DNA of 64,000 nucleotides from Chiloscyllium plagiosum (Eukaryota), in assembly GCF_004010195.1 (NCBI RefSeq), contig NC_057751.1, forward strand, positions 12,602,908-12,666,907, written 5' to 3'. Made by a program: the position numbers and the translations under genes. Position 1 is the first letter of the stretch; each line of letters starts with the position of its first letter. The notes under the pieces were generated by a model. It saw only the letters and a program-made list of their open reading frames with translations, made no database searches and had not been told where the DNA came from. Shown here piece after piece: positions 37,826 to 50,450 of the stretch.

Positions 37826-38819
37826 GGTCAGCAGAAATCAACAGGAGATTTTTGTTTAAAATTCTACAGGACTTTTCAATTTAACTCCCCATTGGTGTGT
37901 ACTCTCTTTCACGTTGCTTATTTTCAAAAATGTTATATAACCTAGTGAAAGAGCCAAAGCAGCCATTACTCACTGTGTTAATTATTTTTCCCACTAAATA
38001 ATGATCTGGATTCAGTTTTGACATTTTTTTGACTTTGTTTGAGCTTTTCATAGCAATCATCAAATGCCTGGGAAGTTATGAATTATTTGTCCCAACCCTA
38101 ACATGTTTTGACTCTGGAAATAGACTTTTGTTAATAGTATCAGGTTTTGTTATTTCATAAAATGGTTTAACTTCTTACACTACTAGTGTTGGCTGGTGGA
38201 AAATTTGATCTTTGACAAAGTCTTGTCTTAGTGGCGGCCCAAAGGAGAGCGGAGGTGATGTAGGAAGTAGAAATCTCTGCACTACTTTGAGGATGATGGG
38301 ACTTGGTTTGTGGCTAGTGTGTCAGAATGTTTTCATTACCTCAGCTTGGGAACTTGGGAAAATATATCTGGAAGACTAACTTTCCTCTCCATAACTGATA
38401 TCCCTTATGCTTTTACACCTTCTTTATTACAAAAGAAAGTTCACCTGAAAATAGAGTACAAACATCATGGCCGAATTGATGGCTCATTTGTATTTAGCTT
38501 GTTTATCTTGATACATCAATTTTTGAAAGATGGTATTCCATGGGAGTTGAAGGCTGCGTGTCTTTGGACACTTGTTTTAAGTCTTTGGGAGCATTTTCAG
38601 AAATGCACAATCAAATAATGTGAAGCTTAGTTTTTGCATTTCTGACATGCTTTGGTCTATTTGTGAAAACCAAATGGTGTAGGTGCCAGTGATAATATTG
38701 AATGTTGTGCAACAGGAACCATTACAAGTTAGGGTGTTAATGTGTATCTACATTTAAAATTTACTACCCTCGAGTCATGGCTCTTCAATTAAAGAAAAGG
38801 CAAACTGCCTGTCTTTTAG

Positions 38820-39950
38820 GGAACCCAGAAGAATTCAAGCAGCTTGCATCTCATTCCATAAGTGACAGCAGCAAGCAGCAGAGATATTAAAACTGCATGC
38901 AGGATTTAATATGTCTGACGGGTCTGAAACCATACTGGCTTTGAAGAAGTCCAGAAATAGTTAACTTCACAAATATTTTTTCTGATCTTGTGGTGGGCTG
39001 GAAATTGAAACACATCTGACTTTAAACCTTTGTTCTGATTTCTGACTTCCTATGTTTGAGGATGTTAGCACTGTCTAGAATCTGTTGGGCTGCTCCTTAT
39101 GGGGGAAAGGGCAATAAATTATTGCTTAGTCCTTTTTTTGAGAAGTGGACCTTTTTTTTTAAAGCTTGCTGTCTTGTCCTGTTCGTGGGGCACACCTGAA
39201 ACTTGTTTCCCAAGGAGGGGAGGTGACAATTTCAGTTCCAGAAATAGGCCACTGCCAACTTGTGCTTCAGTTCAAGTGTAATCTTCACTTATGTTAACGT
39301 GGTAAGTTGACAGTACTTCAATTTGAGTTGCACAACCAAGCCAGATGTGCCGGTTGCAGATTTTTATATCCATCAAGTGTACTAGTTGATGGGACTAATT
39401 CCTAGGAGCTTTTAATGGAAACCAATGTAAAATAGGGGAGCAATTTTCTTGAGTGCAGGTTCGATTTGAAGCCCTGTTTCTAGGATGGTGGTACTGTTAT
39501 AGAGGCAAGCTAAACAAGAGAGGAAGCTTTGTGGGTTTTGAAAGAAAGATTAGTGGACACCTATTTAACAGAAACAAGGAAGCAAAGTCATACTTATTTA
39601 TACAACATAATCCGTACGGATACCCCTTCAGCTGGCATTGAATTTGATACTGATGTGGAATAACTATAGTGTATGAAAATGCTCTGTCAAATCTTAGACA
39701 CTTATTCAATGACTTGGGTAAAATTAGTGCAGCACCTTCTGAAACCTACCATTATTCGAAGAATCTCTCTTTATATTGTGTGCTGTCTCTCAAATGTTTT
39801 GGACCTATTTTATTACTGTATGCTGGAGTCAAACAAGCTGTTTTTAAAACCTGTCCTTTGATACAAATTCATGTGCTTGTTAATATTGTTTTTTTGTTTT
39901 CTATCTTTATTGATTAAAAGAAATAAAAAAGCTTCAACAAAAAGAATGCT
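38820..39950 (+). other. GOLGA7: Putative non-coding terminal (3'UTR) exon of GOLGA7 with polyadenylation signal
   Basis: Donor AAG|gtatga at 32599, 17 nt after the stop. Acceptor ctgcctgtcttttag|G at 38819/38820. About 1.1 kb free of recognisable TEs, ending in ATTAAA (39913) and AATAAA (39922-39927) followed by a U/GU-rich tract. Confidence 0.45.
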
Positions 39951-40723
39951 TCTTGTCACTTTCGCTGTTTCCACAATTTTTTTTTTATTTGGGGTTGGTG
40001 GTGAGGAAGATTACAACAAAAGCTCATTGCGTTTCCTTCAAACATTGCTTAGTTTCAAACTGGTAGTGGAGGGGTTTTGCATCTTCAGTTTCTTTTGAGA
40101 CATGTTTGCCTCAGTGTTCAGGTCAATAATAAAGACAGTATGGTACAAAGCAAAGGACATAGAATGGCAACTGACTGTATTGCAGGCTATGCACCGAGGA
40201 GTTTGTGTGTTAATTTCAATTCAATGTATACTTAATGTGCACATCAATTTGCATCCTTTTAAATTTTACCATATAGGGATGCTGCCTAACATTGGGTAGA
40301 TCGAGTGACCTAAAACAAATGCCGAAATATTGGTTTAACCTTGCATTTTGTGAATTTCATAACCACATACACTTGTTGGATCTTGAATGACTTATTAAAT
40401 ATTTGTTTCAGGTTGGTGTTATACCATTTTTCACAGCTTGTGCCTCCTGTTTTGTTTTTCATGAACTTGGGCCAGATGCATATATTTTCAATCTCACAAG
40501 ATATAAGCAGCAAGAGTGTGTACCAAGATTTGCGCAGCAAAAATATTGTACTAATTGTGGACATTTGATAATTTGTTTCATTTGGCAACTTCTGAAATGC
40601 CAATTGTGCCTCTGCCTGAAAATGGGGAATGTCTGTATGGAGCAGCAACTTTTCAGTTGTTATCTGTGGTTGATGCTTTCACTCATTCTTTGGAGTCAGC
40701 AGTTTCAGCCCTACCTCAGACTT

Positions 40724-42304
40724 AGTCATAGAGATGTACAGCATGGAAACAGACTGTTTGGTCCAACCCATCCATGCCGACCAGATATCCCAATCCAATC
40801 TAGTCCCACCTGCCAGCACCTGGCCCATATCCCTCCAAACCCTTCCTATTCATATACCCATCCAAATGCCTTTTAAATATTGCAATTGTACCAGCCTCCA
40901 CCACATCCTCTGGCAGCTCATTCCATACACATACCACCCTTTGTGTGAAAAGGTTGCCCCTTAGATCTCTTCTATATCTTTCCCCTCTCACCCTAAGCCT
41001 TTGCCCTCCATTCTGGACTCCCCGACCGCAGGGAAAAGACTTTGCCTATTTACCCTATCCATGCCCCTCATAATTTTGTAAACCTCTATAAAGTCACGGT
41101 GGCACAGTGGTTAGCACTGCTGCCTCACAGCGCCGGAGACCCGGGTTCAATTCCCACCTTAGGCGACTGACTGTGTGGAGTTTGCACGTTCTCCCCGTGT
41201 CTGCCTGGGTTTCTGCCGGGTGCTCCAGTTTCCTCCCACAGTCCAAAGATGTGCAGGTCAGGTGAATTGGCCCCCGTAGTGTTAGGTAAGGAGTAAATGT
41301 AGGGTTATGGGTGGGTTGCGCTTCGGCGGGTCGGTGTGGACATGTTGGGCCGAAGGGCCTGTTTCCACACTGTAATGTAATGTAATCTAATCTAATCAAA
41401 ATCACCCCTCAGCTTCTCGTGTTCCAGGGAAAACAGCTCCAGCCTGTTCAGCCTCTACACATAGCTCAAATCCTCCAACCCTGGCAACATCTTTGTAAAT
41501 CCTTTCTGAACCTTTCAAGTTTCACAACATCTTTCTGATAGGAAGGAGACCAGAATTGCATGCAATATTCCAACAATGTCCTATACAGTCGGAACATGAG
41601 CTCCCGACTCCTGTATTCAATACTCTGACCAATAAAGGAAAGCATACCAAACATCACCTTCACTATCCTATCTACCTGCGACTCCACTTCCAAGGAGCTA
41701 TGAACCTGTACTCCAAGGGCTCTTTGTTCAGCAACACTCTCACCAGGACCTTGCCATTAAGTGCATAAGTCTTGCTAAGGTTTGCTTTCCCAAAATGCAG
41801 CACCTCTCATTTATCTGAATTAAACTCCATCTGCCAATTCTCAGCCCATTAGCCCATCTGATCAAGATCCTGTTGTGATCGGAGGTTACCTTCTTCACTG
41901 TCCACCACACCTCCAATTTTGGTGTCATCTGCAAACTACCTCTTATGCTCGCATCCAAATCATTTATGTAAATGATGAAAAGTAGTGGACCCAGCACCAA
42001 TCCTTGTGACACTCCACTGGTCACAGACCTCCAGTCTGAAAAACAATCCTCACCACCCTCTGTCTCCTTTGAGCCAGTTCAGTATCCAAATGGCTAGTTC
42101 TCTTTATTCTGTGAGAACCAGTCTCCCATGGGGAACCTTGTCGAACGCCTTATAGATCATATAGATCACATCTACTGCTCTGCCCTCATCAATCCTCTTT
42201 GTTACTCATTCAAAAAATTCAATCAAGTTTGTGAGACATGATTTCCCACACACAAAGCCATATTGACTATCTCTAATCAGTCCTTGCCCTTCCAAATACA
42301 TGTG
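40724..42304 (-). mobile_element. CR1/HER1 LINE, 5'-truncated and frameshifted, interrupted by a SINE
   Basis: ORF fragments SGVSQGLVLGPLLFIIYINDL, KSCLTNLIEFFE and FTQRVVCVWNELPE. Confidence 0.95.
41096..41398 (+). mobile_element. HE1-type V-SINE nested in a CR1
   Basis: CACGGTGGCACAGTGGTTAGCACTGCTGCCTCACAGCGCCGG head and (TCTAA)n tail; the CR1 sequence resumes at ATCACCCCTCAGC. Confidence 0.95.
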
Positions 42305-43944
42305 TATATTATCTGAGCTGGCACTGCACTTAAGTGGTGTTGCACTGTCATATGTACCATTTCCTCTCCCTTGCCTGCTTAAAAGATGCCATGGTAGTAT
42401 TTGAAGAACAGTTGTCTCGGGAGTCCTAACCAATGTATATCACTCGAGTACCAAGACTGCAACAACAATTTTTATTCTTCCTTTTTACTGTTGTAATGGA
42501 TCTTCTCCAATTGAGTCATCACTAAGCAAACGCAGAGTTATTATGACAGAAAACTTGAAAAGAGTAGTTTTACGTAGAAAGACGTGGCCGTTTACAGGCA
42601 AATCGCTGTGTGTTAGGGCATTAATGGCCAATGGTATAACTTCCAAGAGCTCCAAAAGACAATGCTGAAGAAATCTAAATTGGACAGCTGCTTGTATCTT
42701 AAACACTGCAAACAAGGAAGCTTCAATCTTGAGATGGCTGCAGGGAAACAAGTTGAGCATTTCAAATCTCAGGCATGACAAACTTATGGTGAATTGACTT
42801 TTGTATAAATTAGGAAATGAGCAGTGTGTTATAGATCAACTCAAACTCAATTTTATGGGAAATTCAAAGCAGATGAGAATACATTGCAGCCATGAATTCT
42901 CACAATGGAAATATCAGTGTGATTTTTGGGGCCAGGTGAGCTGACGTCGTGCAGCTGGTTAAAAATCATTTTGATATTAAAAAAGTTATGAAAAATATGA
43001 TTCAGCTTCATAAGGACATCAGGGAATGATGGAATTGCTGAATGGGAACCCATATTTATGGCCAGCATAAAGACGAGCTTTGCTCTCGATTTCAAGCAAG
43101 TTGCTGCTTTAGTGTTATGTTTGTCGAGAGGTCTGACAACTAGTGTTCATCTAATGTACTACATTTTGTGCTGCATGTTTTGGCTGTTCTATTCCCTACA
43201 CTAATTGGTGGACATCAAAGGTAATTGCTTGTGTTTCGGAAGTTGTAAAATGTTTGGAAATCCACGAAATCTTGGGGAATTTATTAATTTTCTTGTGTGT
43301 TGCGACCTTCCTACCAATGTTGCGCATAATTTGAACGAAGCGGGAGGGACTATGAAGCAAAAATGGTATCGCACCAGAAAGAAGCTATGCGTCCACAATT
43401 CCATCAACCTGCGATTTTGTTGTGTGACTTGTACGGAACTTTTCTGTATGGTCACAGCTTTTATTCTGAAGCAGCTAAAAGAAGCCATAATTGATGGATA
43501 AGCGCGCTTTTGTACATGAGCTTACATGTACGGGAGTTCAAATAATATCCTCAAATACCTGTAATTTGGAAGTGAAAGGGAGATAGGGAGGAAAACAAGG
43601 CACTGGGATTACTGGTGAGTGACTAGTACCTGACGGAGTAGTTAACTAGCTACAGAAACAGTCCATGCATTGTTTATATGTTTACAAAATTCCCTTGACT
43701 GTTGAAAAGTGCTATGAGACTGGAAAACAACAAATATAATTCCTATATTTAGGGAATGAGGGAGACAAAATATTTAGTGAAAGGCCAGTTCCCTTCATTT
43801 CTACTTGAAGATGTGCAAGAATATTATTAAGGAGCTTGTGGCAGGTGACTTAGAAAATCTTAGTGTGATCAGGAACAGCTAACATGGTTTTGTTAAAAGG
43901 AAATTGTTTGACTTAAGTTACCAGTGTATTTGAAGCAGTATAAT

Positions 43945-44278
43945 CATAGAATTCCTGTCATGTGGAAGCAGCCCATTCGAGTCCACACTCACCCTCTGCA
44001 GACCTTTCCACCCAGGCCCACCCCACTTCCCTATAATTCCCATAGCTAATCCACCTCACCTGCACATCCCTGGATAAATTGGGCAACTTAGTGTAGCCAA
44101 TCCACCAAGCCCACACGTCTTTGAACTGTGGGAGGCAACAAGAGCACCTGGAGGAACCCACGCAGACGTGGGGAGAGTGTGTAAACTCCACAGAGACTCT
44201 AACCCAAGGCTGGAATTGAACCTGGGTACCTGATGCTGTGAGGCAGCAGTACTTACCACTGAGCTACTGTGCCACTGT
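43945..44278 (-). mobile_element. HE1-type V-SINE
   Basis: Minus strand GTGGCACAGTAGCTCAGTGGTAAGTACTGCTGCCTCACAGC head. Confidence 0.9.
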
Positions 44279-44938
44279 ACAGTACAGTAACCTGTAATGT
44301 GCACCAAGGGTCACCGATGTGTGTGGTGTTTTTAAATTTCCAAAGGATGTGTGCAATATGACATATCAAACATAAGAGATAGTGGTGCAGGGGATAACTT
44401 AGTTTTGTGATTAAAGGATTGGTTGGTAAACACAAAATAGAAAGCACAGAATAAATTTTGTGGCTCACGTTTGGGTTGGCAAGCTGTAAACAGTGGAATG
44501 CCCCTGGGATCATTGCTGAGGTATCAACTTTTTACATTCAACAGAAATAACTTTGGGCAAACAGACTGAACATGTTGATAGTAAATTTGCCGATTACAGG
44601 AAATCTAGATGGCAAGTTTAAAGAGTCTTTCACATTTGATTGAGGCTTTAGATAAGTAAGTCAACAAAATACAGAACAAAGAAAGTTACAGTACAGGAAC
44701 AGGCCCTTTGGCCCTCCATGTCTGTGCCAATCCAGATCCTCTATCTAATCCTAATCTACTCAACTTCTCTTCATAGCTAGCATCCTCTATACCAGGCAAC
44801 ATCCTGGTAAACCTCCTCTGCATCCCCTCCAAAGCATCCACATCCTTTCGGTAATGTGGCAACCAGAATTCTGTGCAGTGTTCCAAATGCGGCCGAAGCA
44901 AAGTCCTATGCAACTGTAATGTGCCCTGCCAATTCTTG

Positions 44939-45147
44939 GCAGAAGAGGGTACTGCAGATGCTGGAGATTAGAGTCAAGCTTAGAGTGGTGCTGGAAAAGC
45001 ACAGCAGGTCAGGCAGCATCCGAGGAGCAAGAAAATCGATGTTCCGGGCAAAAACCCTTCATTGGGCTTTTGCCTGAAACGTTGACTTTCCTGCTCCTCG
45101 GATGTTGCCTGACCTGCTGTGTTTTCCAGCACCACTCTAATCTTGAT
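44939..45147. mobile_element. Palindromic Penelope-type insertion inside a CR1, with 12-bp TSD
   Basis: Inverted arms; flanks TGCCAATTCTTG (44927-44938) and TGCCAACTCTTG (45148-45159). Confidence 0.85.
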
Positions 45148-45518
45148 TGCCAACTCTTGTACTCAATGCCCTGTCCAATGAGGTTAAGCATGCTATATGC
45201 CTGCTTGACCACTTTATTAACCTGCATTGCCATCTTCAGATAACAATGGACCTGAACACCCAGATCTCTCTGTACGTCAATTTTCCCCAGCAATTTTCCA
45301 TTTGCTTTATAGTTCGCTCTTAGATTGGATCTTCCAAAATGCATCACCTCACATTTGCCTGGATTGGACTCCATCTGCTATTTCTCTGCCCATCTGTCCA
45401 ATCTATCTATATTCTGCTTTATTCTCTGACAGTCTCCTTCACTATCTGCTACTCCACCAATCTTGGTGTCATCTGCAAACTTGCTAATCAGGCAACTGAT
45501 AACTTCCTCCAAATCATT

Positions 45519-45582
45519 TATTTATATATATATATATAATATATTTTTATATTTATATATTATATATATATATTATATATAT
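45519..45582. repeat. Imperfect (TA)n microsatellite
   Basis: AT-only tract expanded inside the CR1 RT coding segment. Confidence 0.9.
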
Positions 45583-47059
45583 CACAAACAACAGTGGTCC
45601 CAGCATGGATTCCTGTGGAACAACACTGGTCACAGGTCTCCATTTTGAGAAATTCCCTTCCACTACTCTCGGTCTCCTATAGCACCGCCAGTTCTCTATC
45701 CATCTATCTATAACACCCTGGACGCCATGTGACTTCACCTTCTTCATCAGCCTACCATGGGGAACCATGTCAAACACCTTACTAAAGTCTATGTACATGA
45801 CATATACAGCCCTTCCCCCATCAATCAATTTTGTCACCACCTCAAATAATTCTAAAGGGTTGTAAGACGTGACCTTCCCTGCAGAAAACCATGCTGACCA
45901 TTACTGATTAGCTCTTGTTCTTCTAAATTGGAATAGATCTTATCCCTCAGTATCTTCTCCAACAGCTTCCCTACCACTGACGTCAGGCTCATTGGTCTAT
46001 AATTACCTGGAGTATCCCTGCTACCTTTCTTAACAAGAGGATAAAATTAGCAATTCTCTAGTCCTCTGGGACATCATCTGTGTTCAAGGATGCTGCAAAG
46101 GTATCTGTCAAAGCCCCAGCTATTTCCTCTCTTGTTGCCCTCAGTAGCCTGTGGTTGATTCCCATCTGGACCTGGGGACTTGTCTACATTAATGCCTTTA
46201 GAATACCCAGAACTTCTTCCCTCCTTATGCCAACTTGACTGAAAGATCTATCCCTAACCTCAACATCCATCATGTCCCTCTCCTCTGTGAATACCAATGC
46301 AAAATACTCACTAAGAATCTCACCCATTTTCTCTGACTCCATGCATAACTTGCCCCCTTTCTCGAGTTACCCTCTTGCTCCTTATATATGGAAAAAAAGG
46401 GCTTTGGGATTTTCCTTAAACCTGTTTACTAAAGATATCTCATGACCTTTTTTAGCCCTTCTTAATTCCTCGTTTCAGCTTGGTCCTACATTCCCAATGT
46501 TGTTCCGAAACTTTGTCTGTCTTCAGTAGCCATTTGAATGCATAGGCAGATGAAGTTTGATGTGGGAAAGTGTAAACTTGTGCCCAAAAGAAATACCTTT
46601 TCCGTTAGTAGCACAACATTACAAAATTTAGCTGTATCCTGATCACAAAGCATTCGTCTGTGGATTCAACAAATGTATCAGAAAACAAAGCAAATTCTTC
46701 CGCTTTCTTGCAAGGGGCATGGAATATAGCAGTCGGGAAGTTTTGCTACAACTCTATACATGGTGTTGCTGAGACCAAAGCTGAAGTCCTTGATGCAGTT
46801 TTCATCTTCTTCTGTGGAAAAAGGATGTAATAACACAGACAGCAGTAGACAGTGTCATTGAAGATTTTTGTGAGTTAGATTCTTGACTAATGCGGGAGTG
46901 AAAGGAGAAGGCCAAATGTTGAGGTGAGGCCACAACCACACAGCTATGATCTTAGCAAGTGGCAGAGCAGAGGCAAGGGGCCAAATGGCCTATTCATGAT
47001 CATAAATCACAGATTTGCATGGCTTCTTTGTTTTGAGATCCTAATTGAATAACCGCTCC

Positions 47060-49850
47060 ATGGTGGTGTGGCAGCAGCTCGCAGCAGCCTCTCTCGACCT
47101 AGGGCTATTTAATTTCAGTTTTCTAAGGCACAGAAGGAACAGGAACAGGAAACGATGTTTGCAGATACTGTTAGAGTCTGCAAACACTGCTACAGTGCAC
47201 AAACCGGCCAAAAATGAACCTGAATGGAGAGCCGTTGAAGGGGTTACGCAATCTTGGCTTGCTGCGGAGACCAGGACTCCAGTCCTCTGCTTTGCCTGAT
47301 GCTGGTAGCCTGGGTGTTTAGCCATCCAGAAGTGCTGTGTGAGAAAGTGGAAGCACGGTAAGTGGGCAGGACTTCATGCTTGGCCAAAAACAAACTCATC
47401 TAGCCAGATCTTCATCTATTCTGCTCTCCAATGTCTGCTACCTGGGCAACAAGTTGGACTGCATCCAACTGCGGCAGGTATCTCAGCGTGAGTTTAGAGA
47501 CTGCTGCGTCCCTGTTTTCATGGGAACCTGGCTTAGTGACAGAGTTCCAGACACCGCCATCCAGCTAGATGGGCTCGCCTTTTTTCGCGCCAGCAGAAAA
47601 GCAGCTCTGTGCAGTAAAACACGAGGTGGGGGTCTGCGTGTCTACATCAAAATAGTGCAAGGACTCTGTGCAAGTCTCCAGTTACTGCTCATCACTGGTG
47701 GAGTTTGTGACTGTTAGATGAAAACCAGTTTATTTGCTACTGGAATTCACCACTGTCCTTATAGTCGTAGTGTAAATTCCTCCCAATGCTAATGCTCAGG
47801 AGACACTCTGTGAACTGTATGGGGCTATTAGTAGACTGCAAAATGTCTACTAATGGACTGTTTATTGTTGCTGGAGATTTTAACCATGCTAATCTCAAGT
47901 CGGTGCTCCCTAAATTCCATCAGCATGTGGACTTTGTGATGAGAGGGCGAGCACGCTGAATCTTGTTTATACAAATATCCCAATGCATACAGGGCAGAGT
48001 CTTTGCCCCATCTCGGCTCCTCAGATCACATCTCTGTTATGCTAATCCCAGCAAACAGACCATTCATCAGATGTGTCAATCTGGTTCTGAAGCAGGTGAA
48101 AACCTGGCTGGCAGGAACCATTTCTGCTCTTCAAGACTGTTTTGAGCGCACTGATTAGCACGAGTTCAGGGAAACCGTAACTAATGGTGATTCCATCAAC
48201 TTGGTGTCGGTGATTTGCGACATTAACAAGTGTATTGGTGACGGTGCTGTGTCCAAGACCATCACTTCTCGCCCCAACCAGAAGCCGTGGATGACTGCGA
48301 AGGTGCGCACACTGCTGAGGACCTGTGATTCCATCTTCAGAGCTGATGACAAGGCAGCTCTAACAACAGCAAGGGCCAACCTGACCCAGGCCATCAAAGC
48401 GGCAAAGGCATGCACACACATTCACAGAATACGCAGCCTTCTTCAGGACAGCAGTGATATGCGGAGCATGTGGAAGGGCATTCAGGTCAACAGCAACCAC
48501 AGAATAGCATCGCCTGCTCATGCTGGTGATGCCTCCCTTCCGGATAATGCATGGTTTGAGGCACAAAATGATGTGGCAGCGAAGAAGTCCAACCCCTGCT
48601 CCCCCCCCCCACCCCCCACCTTCTCCCCGCAATGACCAGGTGCTGTGTCTTGTCACAGCTGGCATGAGGAAAACCCTACGCAAAGTCAACCCACGTAAGG
48701 CTGCTGGACCAGATAACATCCCTGGCAGAATGCTCAGAGGATGCTCTGACATGCTGGCAGATGTTCTCCAGGACATTTTTAACATGTCTCTGAGCTGCAC
48801 CATAGTTCCAACGTGCTATAAGGCCACTGCCATCATCCCCATCCCAAAGAAGTCTTCAGTGTTCTGCCTCAACGACTGCCGCCCTGTTGTGTTAACACCC
48901 ATCTTCATGAAGTGTTTTAAGATGCTCGTGATGAGGCATATTAAGATGTTGCTGCCCCCCACTCCTCCACTGGACATGCTGCAGTTCGCGTATCATCCCA
49001 GCCACTCAACAGATGATGCCACCTCCACCACCCTCCATTTGGCCCTCACCTACCTGAAGAAGAAGGACACTTAGGTCAGGTCACTATTCATAGACTTCAG
49101 TTCTGCATTTAACACTATCAGTCCTCGGCACCTGACTGGAAAGCTGAGCCTGCTGGGCTTGAATACCTCCTTTTGTAACTGGATCCTGGACTTCCTGACT
49201 GGGAGACCTCAGTCAGTCTGGATTGGGAACAGCATCTCCAACATCACCACACTGTGCATGGGTGCCCCTCAGGGCTGTGTGCTCAGTCCACTGCTGTTCA
49301 TCCTGCTGACACACAATGATGCAGCGATACACAGTTCAAATCATATTATTAAGTTTGCTAATGACACGACAGTAGTGGGTCTCATTAGCAGGAATGATGA
49401 GTTAGCATACAGAGAGAGGTGCAGCAGGTAATGGATGGTGCAGAGCCAACAACCTGTCTCTGAATGTGGACAAAACAAAAGAGATGGTTGTTGACTTTAG
49501 GACGGCATGGAGCAATCACTCTCTGCTGGACATCGTGAAAATTGTGAAGAGCACAAAATTTCTTGGTGTCCACCAGGTGGGGAATCTCACCTGGTCCCTC
49601 AACACCGGCTCCATAGTCAAGAAAGCCCAGCAGCATCTCTACTTTCTGCGTAGGTTGAGGAAAGCCCACCTGCCATACCCCCATCCTCACCTCATTCCAC
49701 GGAGCAGCTGCATTACTGTTTGCTTCGGAAATTGCACTGTCTCAGATCCTAAGACCATACAGCGGATAGTGAGGACAGTTGAGAAGATCATCAGGCTCTC
49801 TCTTCTCTCCATTACACACATTTACACTACACATTGCATCCGCAAGCCTA
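47060..49850 (+). mobile_element. Rex1/Babar LINE, near full length, inactivated (APE + RT)
   Basis: APE-like [103 protein letters not shown]. Many stops and frameshifts. Confidence 0.93.
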
Positions 49851-50091
49851 ATGTCCGAAGTGACATTAGCATCTTGATCTCCACAAAGTATTCAAAGGTT
49901 TATTTGAAGAATCACAATGTTCAAAAGAAAATGTCCAATTCTTTGAAGGAAATCTCCCAATAACACTTTATTATGGGTTTGGGGGTAGAATTCTTTGCTT
50001 CAAATTTGTTCAAAGAATGTGGTCATAGCCTGAGCTCTCAAGTTAGTGTTGCAGTTTCTTACGTTATCATGTCTGTTTTCATTTCCTACTC

Positions 50092-50450
50092 AAAAGAAAG
50101 AAGACCTTGCATTTATACAGCATCTCACAGCAGTTCAGGATGACGCAAAGTCCTTTACAGCTAACGAAAAGCTTTTGATGTGAGGTCAATTTCTGGACAG
50201 CAGAACATACAGCAACTGATTTAGAAACAACAAGGTCCCATGAACATTAATGGAGTTAGAACCAAATAATCTTTTCTGTAATTATGTTGTTTGAGGAATC
50301 AATAGGGGGAAAGAACTTGGGGATAACTACCTTGCTCTTCTTGGAATTAATACCATGGGATCATTCGTATTCAGTTAACAGGACAGATATGGTAAGGAAA
50401 AAGCACTTCTGACAGTGCAGCTCTCCCCCAGCAGTGTCAGCCTGCAATCA
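50092..50450 (-). mobile_element. Deu-domain SINE, decayed
   Basis: GAAAGAAGACCTTGCATTTATACAGC..CAAAGTCCTTTACAGC..CCATGGGATC is the reverse complement of the Deu-SINE tail and core. Confidence 0.65.

Larger units (their letters stand above)
44670..46530 (-). mobile_element. CR1 LINE (younger), nested and frameshifted
   Basis: ORF fragments YIDFSKVFDMVPHGRL, RDLGVQVH and RPHLEHCTEFWLPHYRKDV. Confidence 0.92.
43620..47030 (+). mobile_element. Old decayed CR1 LINE split by younger insertions
   Basis: Collinear remnants: GACTGGAAAACAACAAAT (43718), CATGGTTTTGTTAAAAGG, AGTGGAATGCCCCTGGGATC (44492), AAATTTGCCGAT; resumes at 46530 with GGCAGATGAAGTTT and ends in a CR1 tail near 46990. Confidence 0.65.

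Noticed and set aside
40310..40876. 112-aa and 157-aa ORFs
   Set aside because: No recognisable domain; the longer one runs into an antisense CR1 tail.
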